64,000 nt of DNA from Gordius albopunctatus (lineage: Eukaryota). Each line of letters opens with the position of its first letter. Positions within the stretch are counted from its first letter, which is position 1. A program made the position numbers and the translations under genes. Shown here piece by piece: positions 51,870 through 64,000 of the stretch. The DNA lies in NCBI GenBank assembly GCA_964276515.1, contig OZ193909.1:17050001-17114000 (forward strand), written 5' to 3'. Under the pieces are notes generated by a model. It worked only from the letters and a program-made list of their open reading frames with translations, was not told where the DNA came from and did no database searches.

Positions 51870-54800
51870 ATTAATGACCCCCTTTGCTCTCATTACAAAC
51901 AACACATACACGCATTTTTGATTTGCCCGATGATTAAAATTGTGGTTTTTGCCATCTAATTGGCTTTTAAAATCAATTTTTACCCTTACTTGGATATGTT
52001 GATGCTAGTGTCGTAAAAACGACAGGTTTTTGTTAGGTAGACCCTTGGTTTTAGTCGACTTGACATAAATAGACCAGAGGTTTGACCAAAAAATCGTTGG
52101 TTTGTTTGTGTTCAAGGGAAAGCCTGCCGTCTTTACGACACTAGTTGATACTCATAAGGTCAACAACACTCTATTTTGTGCCAAAGATTGCATTAACGAT
52201 TGTACACCAGTATTTCGTGAAATTTGGGTTTTCGGTTAGCCAATTATATAGCAAATCTCTTGTTTTAAGTTTTTTATTAAGATGATCACGGTTTTTTTAC
52301 TTTAAATTATAATCAAAATTCTGTGATTATTAATTTAAAGTTTATCATTGTGATGCTAAATATACATTTACCAAAGGCTTTCTCGTATAATGAAACGAAT
52401 CGATCGCTCTTTCTATTTATCTTAGATATTTAATTTCATATTATTGATCTCGGACCAAGATGAGCTCGTATGATTGTGAAAATTTAATAGAAAATCGTGA
52501 TTATATTTTTTGTTTGCCTGCATCGTTTATAATGACCTATTAGATGTCCATCACTTCGTGATATTGATTTATATCAGTCAAAACTATATATAAAATGTAC
52601 TCTATAAATTGCATTTCAGGGATAAAATTTATGAAAAAATTATTCGGGAAGAAAATCAAAAAGAAAATAAAGTTTTTTGGGTTACAAGCTCTTTTTAGTT
52701 TGTTCCTTTCGTCAACAACTTTTTAAATATCAGTTTTGTAGAACCAAACATGTTTTAGGTGATAGAATATGAATTTTTATAGAATGAATTTAACAATTTT
52801 GTTGTAAATAACTCTGTCATAACTACCCTCAAATAAAAATTTTAAACACGGGGCTATTGAGACCAAGGCTATAATAACTTTTTTATTCATTCATACATTC
52901 AAAATAGTGTGATTATATAAGTGCGAAACAAATCATGTGCCCTATTATAAAAATAAGCGTGAGTTTAGGCAGGGGGGCAGCTACCACCCCCCCCTTCCTT
53001 AAATTTAAGAGTTCTTGTACATTTAACGAATTTATGGTTACGTTTTTAAAATCATCATTCCGCCCACTTGCCCTTCCTTCCTGTCTTATTTTTTAAGAAA
53101 CAAAAAATTAGTCAAACTTTGCCTCTTCCTCTGTAAAAATTGACGAATTGGGCTAAATATACCTTATATTTATTGGCATGTGACTCGAAAATGATAGCAG
53201 ACATATAACGTTTTCGCTCTTATTATACATGTCCTTTCCTTATTTGCGCACATTTTAAAATGGCGGAAAAGCGGCAACCTGTTTAATGTTGATGAGCAGT
53301 CTATATAGTCTATGACAATGATTGCATGAATAGGAAACGTTGCAAATTTTCAAGCAGAGAAAAATGACGCCTTAGGATGCGAGCGAGATGAGGGGGATTA
53401 GAGCTGGAAGAGAAAGAGAGGGAGGGGAGAACGACAGGGGAATAAGTGAAAGGAGAGAATGATCTGTTTTTTAGTTTGCATAGCTTAATCACTGTGTACT
53501 CTAATGTACTTTCCCAAACATAATAGGAGGAATTTAAATGGGCGTTATAAACGCGAATAAAACTAAAAGTAGTGGTGAAACAAAAAAATGTAGACCATAA
53601 TTTATATTAAAAATAAATTTAAAATGGCGTGGGAATATAGCCTCAAAAAACGTTTAAAAAGGTCATTTTTCGCACCTTCAACCTCATTTATCACAGAATC
53701 TGGACAACAAGGGAAAAAACTAAAAACTTATTATTGTTCAGCTTAAACTTCTCTATCAGAAAGATTTGTCAAATTGCTGGATGTTTTCCCTTGTAGACTG
53801 TTATTAAAGCTTATTCATGTTTTTTACTTTGACCAACTTGTCCAAATAATGGACAGCACAAGTTTTGTAAAATGGTTGGATTGCATGACCCACCGTGTTG
53901 GTAACCCTGGTTGTTGGCGTATAGATTGGCAAAAAAATTTCAGTTTGGGGTCTTTGGTTGACCTGTGATGTTTAGCGTATTTTTTAAACAACCAATGCTT
54001 TGGGTCAATATAATTGTAATAGCTTTTTGGCTTGGTTGCGAAATATTGGTGAGGGATGCAATTTTATGAAATTTTGATTATGTATTTACCGAATGCTTGA
54101 TTGAAGGGAATCATTGTCGATATTCTTATAAAAATTGAAGGACCAAGACGTAAAATTAAGAGTAGGTACAGGCCTTTTGGCGCGTTAACCTACCATCTGC
54201 AAATTAAATTTTAAGCGCATTTTCTATTATAAAAATTAATACTCGTGCAACAGCAAATCTTTTATATGCGTAGCATTGCTGAGTGTTGTGATTGAAAGTA
54301 ACTTATTAGACGCTTTTTGTTGATATAAATTAATTAAATTAAATATCAATGACGATAGAAAATTTCGTTACGAATCTCTAGGATTAAAACTGCAAAAAAT
54401 TATTTCCGATTTAATAATAATATTTTAGGCCAATTAATAGCAACCGTAAACATAAATTTATTAGTAATTCTGAGCACTACACTTTTTATATTCCTATGCA
54501 ATTTACGGGCCCGCTTTTGGTTGTTTTTCCTGCCATGTCCAACTTGCTATTTTTCAATCATTGCCGTGGAAACTTAAACGGGTTTTTAATGGCTGTGGAC
54601 TTATGTAATAATAGACTAGCTAATGACCGCTGGTTGGCTTCTATTTTTTTCGGCCTCGCCCAAGTTCTATTGTTTTTGTGCCCACGTGATTACTTTTATA
54701 TTGATGGATTTCTTTGGGCAACTTGTCTACGTTATTGCTATATATCGGATAGTTGCGGAAATCGCTAAATGATTCCCTGCAAATTAATGCTCACCGTTGC

Positions 54801-54944
54801 TTACATCTAATTCGTCTCTCCCGGCCTGAGGTTGCTCATTTGTAATTGCTGCTTTGTGCATTAATTTTGCCAATTTTTCTAGGTTTTTGCTTTGTTTTTA
54901 TTGTTTTATCATTCGAACTTCACTATTTTATGTCTTATAAATAT

Positions 54945-56464
54945 TGGAGGTCTGCGTGGGCTTAGCCTAGCCTGCGTCCCCGGCCGGGCCCGAAATAGAG
55001 CAATAAAAAAAGTGCGGACCGGGCTTGGGCTTTGATAAGTAAAAAATTTGAATTTATTTAACTTTATACTATAATTATAATATAGAAACAAAAAAATGGA
55101 TTTATTAGAATGTTGATGAAAAATTATTATTTGCCGGTGGAACTCAAAAATCACTATGTTAAAAGGTTTGCAAGAGATATATGATGAAATATTCAGTTTT
55201 TTATCTGGAAAGGATTGAATGGAATAAATTGAAGGCATTTCCAAAAAGCATATCATTGTATGAATTAATATGCTTTATTGGTGAGGCAGAGATGGATATC
55301 TCCATTCGGGAAGATAATGAAACGGAAAAGTTTGAAGATTTCAGCAAAGTTGATTCTTATATTAAATTAAATCTAGAAGTGGAGGATGCTCAGCTAAATT
55401 TAAATTATGGTGGAAAGAACACAAACTTATGCTACCAAACTTAACCCTCGAGAGTATTCCTCAAAATCCCGAACGCGAGAGTATTCGTGGGGTATAACTC
55501 TACCCCACTTCTTAACTTCTTATAACTTTTAAAGTATTCCTTTAAAACCTTTAAAGTTTTATAGATATGTTTATAAAGGTGTTAAGATTGATGGAATAAA
55601 TTTTTATATGAATCTAATCGACATTACAAAACTTATTAACGATTTTCTGGACCCCCCATTTTTGGGGGTTATTTTAGAGCTTCCCCTCATTTTACCTCTT
55701 GACATCATATACCTTAAAATAAATCAAAATAAACGTGATTTTTTATTAAAAGAATGTTCAAAATGTATTAAAAACACAAATTATAAAAGATATCATCAAA
55801 CAAAAAAAAAACACCACATACATTTTCTCCAACAGAAAAAAATTTACGCGAGAGCATTCGTGGGGTATAATCATACCCCACGAGGCAAAAAACTTCTATA
55901 TTTTAAAAAGTATTAAGCCAAAACCTATGAAATTTTCACCTAACCTAGTTCTTGATAAAATATTAAGCTACTGAAAAGACAAAATTCATTAGACTTAAAT
56001 TGCGTTTTATATTTTAATTTATAATTTGCGTGGGGTATAGAAATACCCCCACGAATACTCTCGAGGGTTAACAAAATTCGCTATTCAGTTTTTGTCAATT
56101 CCAGCGACCAGTGCTTAAAATGAACGCACATTCAGTAAGACAAGTCGCCTTAAAGAACAGATAAGAACGAAATAATTTAATGATAGAATTGATAGTCTTT
56201 TATTTTTAAATAACAATATTAAAATATAATTTTTGATTAAAACTGATTTTATATGCTCTAGCTAAGTTATTTTTTGAACAATACAAAATAGTTTTTTTAT
56301 ACAAATAAATAATGTTGAAGCAACCTAGACTTGTTTTTATTCGTGCGGGCCTGATGGGGCGCAATTTTTGCCTTTTTTTGCGGGCCGGGTGCGGGCCAAA
56401 AAAATTATATTTGTGCGGGTATGGGCCGGCCGGAACCTAAATTTTCGGCCCATGCAGACCTCTA
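54945..56464 (+). mobile_element. Defective hAT DNA transposon with both ends present
   Basis: TIRs TGGAGGTCTGCGTGGGC / GCCCATGCAGACCTCTA; perfect 8-bp TSD ATAAATAT; remnant of the hAT C-terminal dimerisation domain WWKEHKLMLPNL-TKFAIQFLSIPATSA*NERTFS. Confidence 0.85.
55445..56067. mobile_element. piggyBac-type MITE (duplicated copy)
   Basis: Same TIRs and TTAA flanks as 162-784. Confidence 0.85.
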
Positions 56465-57473
56465 ATAAATATATAAGGAGATATGGAAGGATAACGCGAA
56501 ACCAAAGTTACTCTCGAAAGTTTTTAAATTGTAGCAAGGATTAAAGATATCAATGGATGTATTTAATAGATTTGTCATAAGAAGTATGGATAGAGTTGTT
56601 AAATAAATGAGTTCTAAGCCAATAAATTTTTAAAAAACACCTTTCATTTAATCTTTAAGTTTTCACTTTCGTAAATTAACGCCTAATCATCAATTAAGTG
56701 TAATAACTGGTCTCAGCAAGGGTTATTTTAAAGATTCAATCAATGTTTAATTAAACTAAGTATACTATTAACATTCACGTTGATGAGGATATTGTTGTTG
56801 ATTCGCAAAATAAATGTCACAACGTATTCTCTATTTTCTATTTGACAAATAACGCTAGGAACTTTTTAAATTTTACGATTACAACCATTTTTGCTTTTTA
56901 TAAAGCACCTTATTTGTTAGAAAATGTTATAAATCAACAATACCGTTCCAACACTGGCTATTATAGTAAAGCAATTCAAACAAAAAAGAGCTAAAGGCCC
57001 ACGAATTTAAGCGTGTAACAACCTAATGAGCAATTATTAGGTGTTTCTTTATAAGCAACTAGCTGTGCCCGGCCAAGCGTTGCTTTGGCTCAGTCCTTAA
57101 GTGGTTAAATAAGTATAACCTATTAATAAGACTTATCTAAAATGGGGTCATATATGAAATAATAATTCAAATAAATAAAATATCCATAATATTTATTTAG
57201 AGCACGAATTTTATCACCTCATGCATTTTATGAGCCCACTATTTTTAGTATACATATAATAAGACAAACCAAATGCCAATTCTGTTTTAGTCATCAAATC
57301 CGACTAAAATTAAATGTTTTTGAAAAAATTGCTGATTAATGCTGTTACTTATTATACAATAATACCATTATTTTATTTTTCTAGTTAGCTGATTTATTTG
57401 AAATACAATTTTCTTTAATATAATAAAATAATTAATTTATTGATGGATAATTATTAAAAATATGCTTCTATGA

Positions 57474-58690
57474 TTTTTCTTTGTTAAAAAGTTTATTTTC
57501 AAGAAACAAAGTTACATTAATAAGCGAAATACAAAAATAAAGACATATTGGTTAAATACAAAGATCTATATACTTCTCTTCTAAAATGGGCCATGAGTCG
57601 GCAAAGGATTTAAAGTTGTATCGTGCAACAAGAATCCCTAGTTGTTGCCTGAGTAAAAAGGACGCAGAAATTTTAGATTTCGGAGTGCGTTTTCCGATTT
57701 ATTAAAAAAACCCCATTGCCTGTTTGCCAAAAGAACCGGAGCAGGTGGCAACGACAGGGATAAAAAAATTGGATGCCAAAAGGGCTGAATACTTTGTAGT
57801 TTTACGCCCTTCTTCTGTAGCGATAGGGTCGTAATTAAAATGGGAAGGGCAAAAAGGTCAATACGAGTAAAATCCCATTTGAGGGATAGGTCATTTTGCC
57901 AGGGGACTAGAGAAGAGCCGTCAGGGCGCATCCTACCTTCAAGGGAGGGATCGGACGGCTCAAGGATTGAGGGGATTTTGACCTTTTTAAGGGCAGCTTG
58001 AATTAATAAATTAGCTTTAGTGTGCCAAACGTATTTATATTTGTTTGCTAGGCAGTGTAGAGGGTGCCTAGCATATTCGTCTACAACGGTAAGGCAGTTT
58101 TGACAGTTGAATTCTCTGCTGTAACTAATCCCCAACCTTAAAGCTATGGAATATGATAGCTCAAAGTCTTCAAGCAGCATTCCCAAAAGTTTGCTGGGAT
58201 AGGCTTCAAGCCACTCGTGACCGGAACCGTCAAAAGCGAGGGACCTAAGGTTGTAATGCTGGCTATCATCGCTGCTCGATAAAAGGTAATCAACGGAGCG
58301 TGATACTAGTCCAGAATCCCAATCCTTTTGTCTCGTACTTTGAGGTTGGATGGTCTCGGGTGTGACATTCAAATTCCAAAGCTCCAAGGCTTGAGTTAGC
58401 AGGGGGTCGGAATCATGTTTTATGAGATTAAAAATTAAGTTTTGGACCGACTTAAAAGAGGAAATAAAATCGGCTAGCGATATGCTGCCGGGAGGGCGAA
58501 TTCCTAATCCTCCAGATTTGGTTGAGAGGGATGCTTGAATCCAATTGTTAGTATTAAATTTAAAATTTAAAATTTTTTCTAATAACGTTTTTAAAAAGCC
58601 TTCGTACGACTTTAAAACGTCTGGGTGTAAAAATGCGCCAGATGAGCGAAAACAATGATTAATCTTTGAGATGTTAAAATAGTTTTTGAT
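57474..58690 (-). mobile_element. RLE-type non-LTR retrotransposon fragment (duplicate)
   Basis: ORF 57638-58387 is continuous across a 4-bp site that is deleted in the first copy. Confidence 0.75.
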
Positions 58691-60252
58691 TGATAATAAT
58701 TTAAATATTATTTATTTAATTTAAATAGTTTGTTAAACCCCAATAATTTTGACCGTATACTGTAACATTTTTATTATACTTTTAAATATCTAATTCGAGA
58801 AAACTTCAGCCTTGTATGTATGACCTCATTATTGTATATGCTGCTATAAATTAAACTGACCGGGAAATGTCCGATATTTTTAAAACGAAAAGGTATTTTA
58901 GGAATCTGAAAAAGCTATTTTACCCCTGGCCGTCCTGGGCATCTACGGCTATACTTTCGCGCGAATCGGGCCGGTAGTTTTAGAATTAAGCTATTTTTTA
59001 AAACTAAAAGGCCCATATTTTTAAAACTAAAAGGAATTTTAGGATTCTGAAAAAGCTATTTTACCCCTGGCCGCCCTGGGCATCTACGGTTAAATTTTCG
59101 CTCGAATCGAGTCGGTAGTTTCAGAATTTAGCCCTTACATACATACACACACATATATATATATATATTATGAGGTGTTTCTTTGTAAGTAATTATAAAT
59201 GTTTCTTTCAACGTATAAACATCATGTATCCTGAATCCTGATAATTATGATGTTTGGTACGTGACAAGAGAGGTGCAATAGAAAGTGATGACGAAAAGAA
59301 AAATATTAAATTAAATGACAAACTCCTGTTTAGTCATTAATTGGTTATTTTTTTACATTATAAAATTTATAATGAAGCGGATAGTTTTGCAAACCTAAAT
59401 GATAAACAGGAGCATAAACCTTAAACGAGAGAATGTTAAGGTAACAGTAATCATTGTTATAACATATTAAAATATTCTTAATAAGAAACATAAGAATTTT
59501 AGTTAAAGAACTAGCAAAGTTATGCATGAAGTTTATGCCTAGACATAGTATTTAGAACAGCAAATTTTTCATTTGTCTTAAATTAAGTCTAACTAATAGA
59601 TAAAATGCTAGATCGTTAAGTGTTTTTGGCTTATTATTTTATTAGCACATATTGTCCTTATGGTTCTATTAATTGATGTCATCATATATTTAGCTTAACT
59701 TAGGCCCTGAACTAATGATTTTATTTTAAAAAATCGAAAGATCGATTACACAAAGAAGCCTCAGTTAGGAAAACAAATAATACGTTGTAGGGAAACAATG
59801 AGATAAACACATTTTCAAAATAAAGATAGATTTAAAAGAACTCTAATAGATTAAAAACATTGCGTATAAAAAATGATCTGTAAGTATTAGATGGTGTTGA
59901 GATTGATATAATTAGAGAGAATGATCCACTTCCACATGAATCAAAAATACTCAACACATGCTTTTTTGCCATTTATAAATGATATTATTATATGCACGAA
60001 GCTTTTATTTAATCGTTGCTGCTAAGCAATGGTCATCATTAAATCTTTCATCAATGCTAATTAGTCCGGGTGTGGTGTAAATAAATTTACACAGGTTTTT
60101 ACAAAATTTCTATTTTAATCTTATAATCACCAATTATTGATTTTCCTAATTTCACGAGACTATTGCAAAAAATATCAATTAGATATTCTTTCATTTTAGC
60201 AGAAATAGTTGATTTAGTCATTAAAATAGAAATCTGTTATAAATGGATCGAT

Positions 60253-61313
60253 TAGAGTTGTTAAATTGCTAACTTTAGCAATGCTAACTATGTGCTATGC
60301 TCGAGCACGAACAGTAGCTGGGTAATATGCTAGTTTAACACAATGAGTGCTAACTGTTCGGAGCAATAGTTTTAACAGTAGCACGTAAAAATGCTCGAGA
60401 GGTTAGTCGAAGCAGCAGGCAAATCTGTTAAAGCATTTAGCAGGAGCTTGAGCCGTAAATTCGAGCAGATAGTAGATTGAATTGCTATTTGTTAAAATTT
60501 AGTAACTTACAATATTCGCTCATCATATTATATATCATAAAAAAATTAAGAACTTTGCCCCCCGCCCCTCATTTTTACCCTCTTTCTCACCAGAGGGGAG
60601 GGGTGGGTTTTGCCCCCCCCCCTTATTTTTTACCCCTTTCTCACCAAAGGGGAGGAGAGAGGGGTTTTTATCCCATCCTTATTTTTTACTCTTTATCTTA
60701 CCAGGGGGCACCATTGAGGGCAAAACACCCCTCCCACCCTGGTGAGAAAGAGGGTAAAAAAAATAGGGGGGGACAATCTCCCCTCTGGTGAGAAAGGGGG
60801 TAAAAAAACGGAGGGCAAAACACCCCCCCCCTCCCCCCTAGTGAGAAAGAGGGTAAAAAATAGGGCAAAACACCTCCCCCCCTCCCCCCCTAGTGAGAAA
60901 GAGGGTAAAAAATAGGCCCCCCCCCAATCTCCCCCCCCCGGTAAGAAAGAGGATAAATAATAGGGGGGACAAAACACCCCCCCCCTTCCCCCTAGTGAGA
61001 AGGAGGGTAAAAATGAGGGGCGGGGGGGGGGCAAAGTTCTTAATTTTTTTATGATATATAATATGATGAGCGAATATTGTAAGTTACTAAATTTTAACAA
61101 ATAGCAATTCAATCTAATATCTGCTCGATCTCCTGCTAAATTTTTTAACAGAATTGGCTGCTGCTTCGACTAACATCTCGAGCATTTTTGCGTGCTACTG
61201 TTAAAACTATTGCACCGAACAGTTAGCACTCATTGTGTTAAACTAGCATATTACCCAGCTACTGTTCGTGCTAGCGTTTTTAGTTGAAGCTACTTACCAA
61301 TTTAACAACTATA
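60253..61313. mobile_element. Foldback-like MITE (duplicate)
   Basis: Same arms and GGATCGAT TSD as 4963-6032. Confidence 0.88.
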
Positions 61314-61488
61314 GGATCGATATATATTTTTGCTATTATGAACTCCTAAATCTCTCCTTTTAAACTGACAGAAGACTTCATAATTGTTTCGCCTAATTAA
61401 AAGCACCCTGTTGTGAGGTGTTTCGACTAGCGTCCTACTTAACTCGAAAGGTTATCTTTAATTTTCACAGTTTCTAATAACTGAAACT

Positions 61489-62784
61489 ATGTTGGCGAAA
61501 AATTATAACTGCACACCGTACAATTCCATCAACTTATTTGATCGCAATATTGTGAATGCGATTAATATAGCATTCGGATATATTTTATTCATGCTTGGAA
61601 TTATCGGTAACAGTCTCGGTATTTACATGGATTCGAATCATAAAAATTGGCATAGAAATTCCAACCCTACACTTCAATCTACATCGGCTTCGCATTACCC
61701 TAATGGGGATGAACGAATCAGAAGGGTGGTAAACACTCAGTTCAGTGCCAATCATTATTTGCTCAAGTGGTTTTTTTCTGTTAATTTACTAAACTCAATC
61801 CTACTTATTTTGTCACCCATACTCAAGTTGCAAGGTGCATGGAGTTTCACCCTAGCATGGGAAAGTAAAGGATGGATCATGTATGTGGCAAAGTTCCATT
61901 ATCCCATTACTAAACCGATTATTGCTTTCGGATTTTTCATATATATTTTATTTTTCGGATGTCAGGCAATCGCTATACTTCTACCCTTTAAATTTAAAAG
62001 TGTTGTGACAAAGTCTAACATCAATGCATTACTTGTGATATGTTTCGTCTACCTAGTTCTCTGGAATATCCCCATTTCTAAATGGTTCTACACTTATAGG
62101 GTGTTGGTATGTCCTCAGGAAGAATTTAAACAGCAAGCTAATGATACTGGTTATTACATATATGCATATGACTGGGTAGAACGAAGTTTTCATCACGATC
62201 ACTCTATAAATACCATATTATGGCATTGCTATCAAATATTACGCGAACTATTTATTAGTATAATACCCTTTGTAGGAGTCATAGTGATTAAAGTGTTAAT
62301 ATTAAAGCGCAGAGCTAGGTTATCTTCTACTATAAACCCCAAAACTCAAAGTGCCAACACCGGCCTAACACCACAGGTTGTAAATGTCTCTGCACCCAAT
62401 CATATAAATCTTCATAATATTCATGAAAATGCCACCTTATCTAGCCCAATGACCCAAAGGCTTAATCTTCGGATAAAAAAGCACCAAGCCGAAAATCAGC
62501 AACACATGAGAACAATGATGGTCTTAACAATTGAATATATATTTTTAATGCTCCCAGTTTCCCTGACCCAGATGTGCATTGACTTCCTAAGGTCTAAGTA
62601 CAGCCGTCAAAGCCTTTCAACATTTTACATCTTTGTCACCATGCTGCAATTCGTGTACGTTAGCTGTACATTTTTTATCAACTACATTTTCAATCCATCG
62701 TATAGGGAGTTGGTTAATGATCAAATTTCGCGAGATGCTAATTATTTTGTAAAAAAATATTGGCATATGGCTAGCAATGCCTAA
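61489..62784 (+). CDS. Intronless 7-TM rhodopsin-like orphan GPCR, copy 2, 431 aa
   Basis: Near-identical to 6208-7503; one amino-acid change (IEFIF to IEYIF). Confidence 0.82.
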   Translation: MLAKNYNCTPYNSINLFDRNIVNAINIAFGYILFMLGIIGNSLGIYMDSNHKNWHRNSNPTLQSTSASHYPNGDERIRRVVNTQFSANHYLLKWFFSVNLLNSILLILSPILKLQGAWSFTLAWESKGWIMYVAKFHYPITKPIIAFGFFIYILFFGCQAIAILLPFKFKSVVTKSNINALLVICFVYLVLWNIPISKWFYTYRVLVCPQEEFKQQANDTGYYIYAYDWVERSFHHDHSINTILWHCYQILRELFISIIPFVGVIVIKVLILKRRARLSSTINPKTQSANTGLTPQVVNVSAPNHINLHNIHENATLSSPMTQRLNLRIKKHQAENQQHMRTMMVLTIEYIFLMLPVSLTQMCIDFLRSKYSRQSLSTFYIFVTMLQFVYVSCTFFINYIFNPSYRELVNDQISRDANYFVKKYWHMASNA

Positions 62785-64000
62785 TGTAAAACTCTAGAAT
62801 GTGTGTAAAGTCGTAAATGTGGTTTTTAATTCATCATTTTTGTATATAGCGGATATCGTAATCGTGAAGAGGTATAACTAATTGCTCTCACCATCAACTT
62901 GTGTCTATTTAAGTTTTAATAATATTTTAAATGTATAAACTAATAATGCAATATACAGGCGAACAGCTGATAATTATTAAGTAAATCTGTAGGCCGCCGC
63001 CATTTTTAAGGCCTATATATTAACAAACTAAACGCTATTATTTTGTTTAATAATTAAATTTTAAACTTATATATGGAAAATTATTCCTTTCTCATTATGC
63101 TTTCTTTCAAATTTTTCCAAATTATCATTGCACAGGGACGCATTTTCCAACAATATACCCAAAATGGTGGCCTAAGTTGCCTATTGAATGCAAAAACAGC
63201 TATGTTTAATCAAACCATTTCATGTTTTGGTGAGAAAATCCAAATTATAAAATTCCTTGTTATAGATTATAGAAAGGAAAAGAATAAAATAATCATGGTT
63301 TTCAGGTGGAAATGCTCTGCCTTCATCAAAATATATAAATATGGCTAAATTTGCGAATCGACCTATTTGGCTAGCAAACAGTCGTACTTAAGTTCCCTCA
63401 CAATTAGGAATTTTTTATGTGCTTTAAATCTTTTAAGTAATTTTTATTCTTGTATAATTCAGAGCTTAGGTCTGACTTGAAACAAACATAGCTATAGATT
63501 ACTTTAAAAGTTAGTAAACTTTAACTATAATAGATTCTTTTCTCTTAATGATGGCTGTTACAATGAATTATAAATCATAAGTCGTTTTTGTTGGTGTCAT
63601 ACAAGTTGGGTTATCAGCACAAATGATTTTAACAAAAAAAACTTCCACTAGTTTATTATCACGAAGGCCCAGCTATTGGCCAAAGATTTGAAATTGTATT
63701 TCTCAATAAGAATGCCAATTTTTTGTTTAAGTAAAAAGTTAGGAGCATACATGGAAATTGGGCAACGTGTGCCGATTTCTTTAAAAAGTTAATTGCTAAT
63801 GGGAGTGAAAATGGTGGCTGGAAGGTGAACCTGGTATTGGCCGTCTTAGGGTTCTCTGCAAGAGTTAGAGCATTAAAATTTAGGTTAGAGGGGGCGAAAA
63901 TGTCTATACAGGTGAATTCCCATTAAAGGGTAAACCAATTTGCCAGATGAGAGTTAAGCCTTTAGGCCGCATTCTTGCTTTCAAAGACGGGTCAAAAGGC

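Larger units (their letters stand above)
39313..56143 (+). repeat. Segmental duplication block B, copy 2
   Basis: Direct repeat of 13572-30428. Confidence 0.95.
55284..64000 (+). repeat. Segmental duplication block C, copy 2
   Basis: Direct repeat of 1-8720. Confidence 0.95.

Overview
AT-rich, intron-containing, transposon-dense DNA from an animal (probably an invertebrate; the species cannot be fixed from the sequence). The window is dominated by nested, very recent segmental duplications. A ~16.9-kb block (13572-30428 and 39313-56143) carries a complete 12-exon exostosin-like 3 gene (EXTL3/botv-type, ~1031 aa) in two intact copies. A second block (1-8720 and 55284-64000) carries an intronless 431-aa rhodopsin-like GPCR in two intact copies. 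The two blocks overlap by ~860 bp, which is therefore present three times, so the layout may be a ~55.3-kb higher-order tandem repeat. The remainder is mobile DNA: hAT elements and MITEs with 8-bp TSDs, a piggyBac-type TTAA MITE, a GC-rich foldback element next to the GPCR, RLE-type and RTE non-LTR fragments, Gypsy LTR pieces, an internally deleted FLYWCH-MULE element and a 145-bp tandem array. I found no rRNA, tRNA or CRISPR, and no convincing new multi-gene system. The most notable signals are the duplication architecture, the diverging EXTL3 copies and the spliceable truncated MULE.
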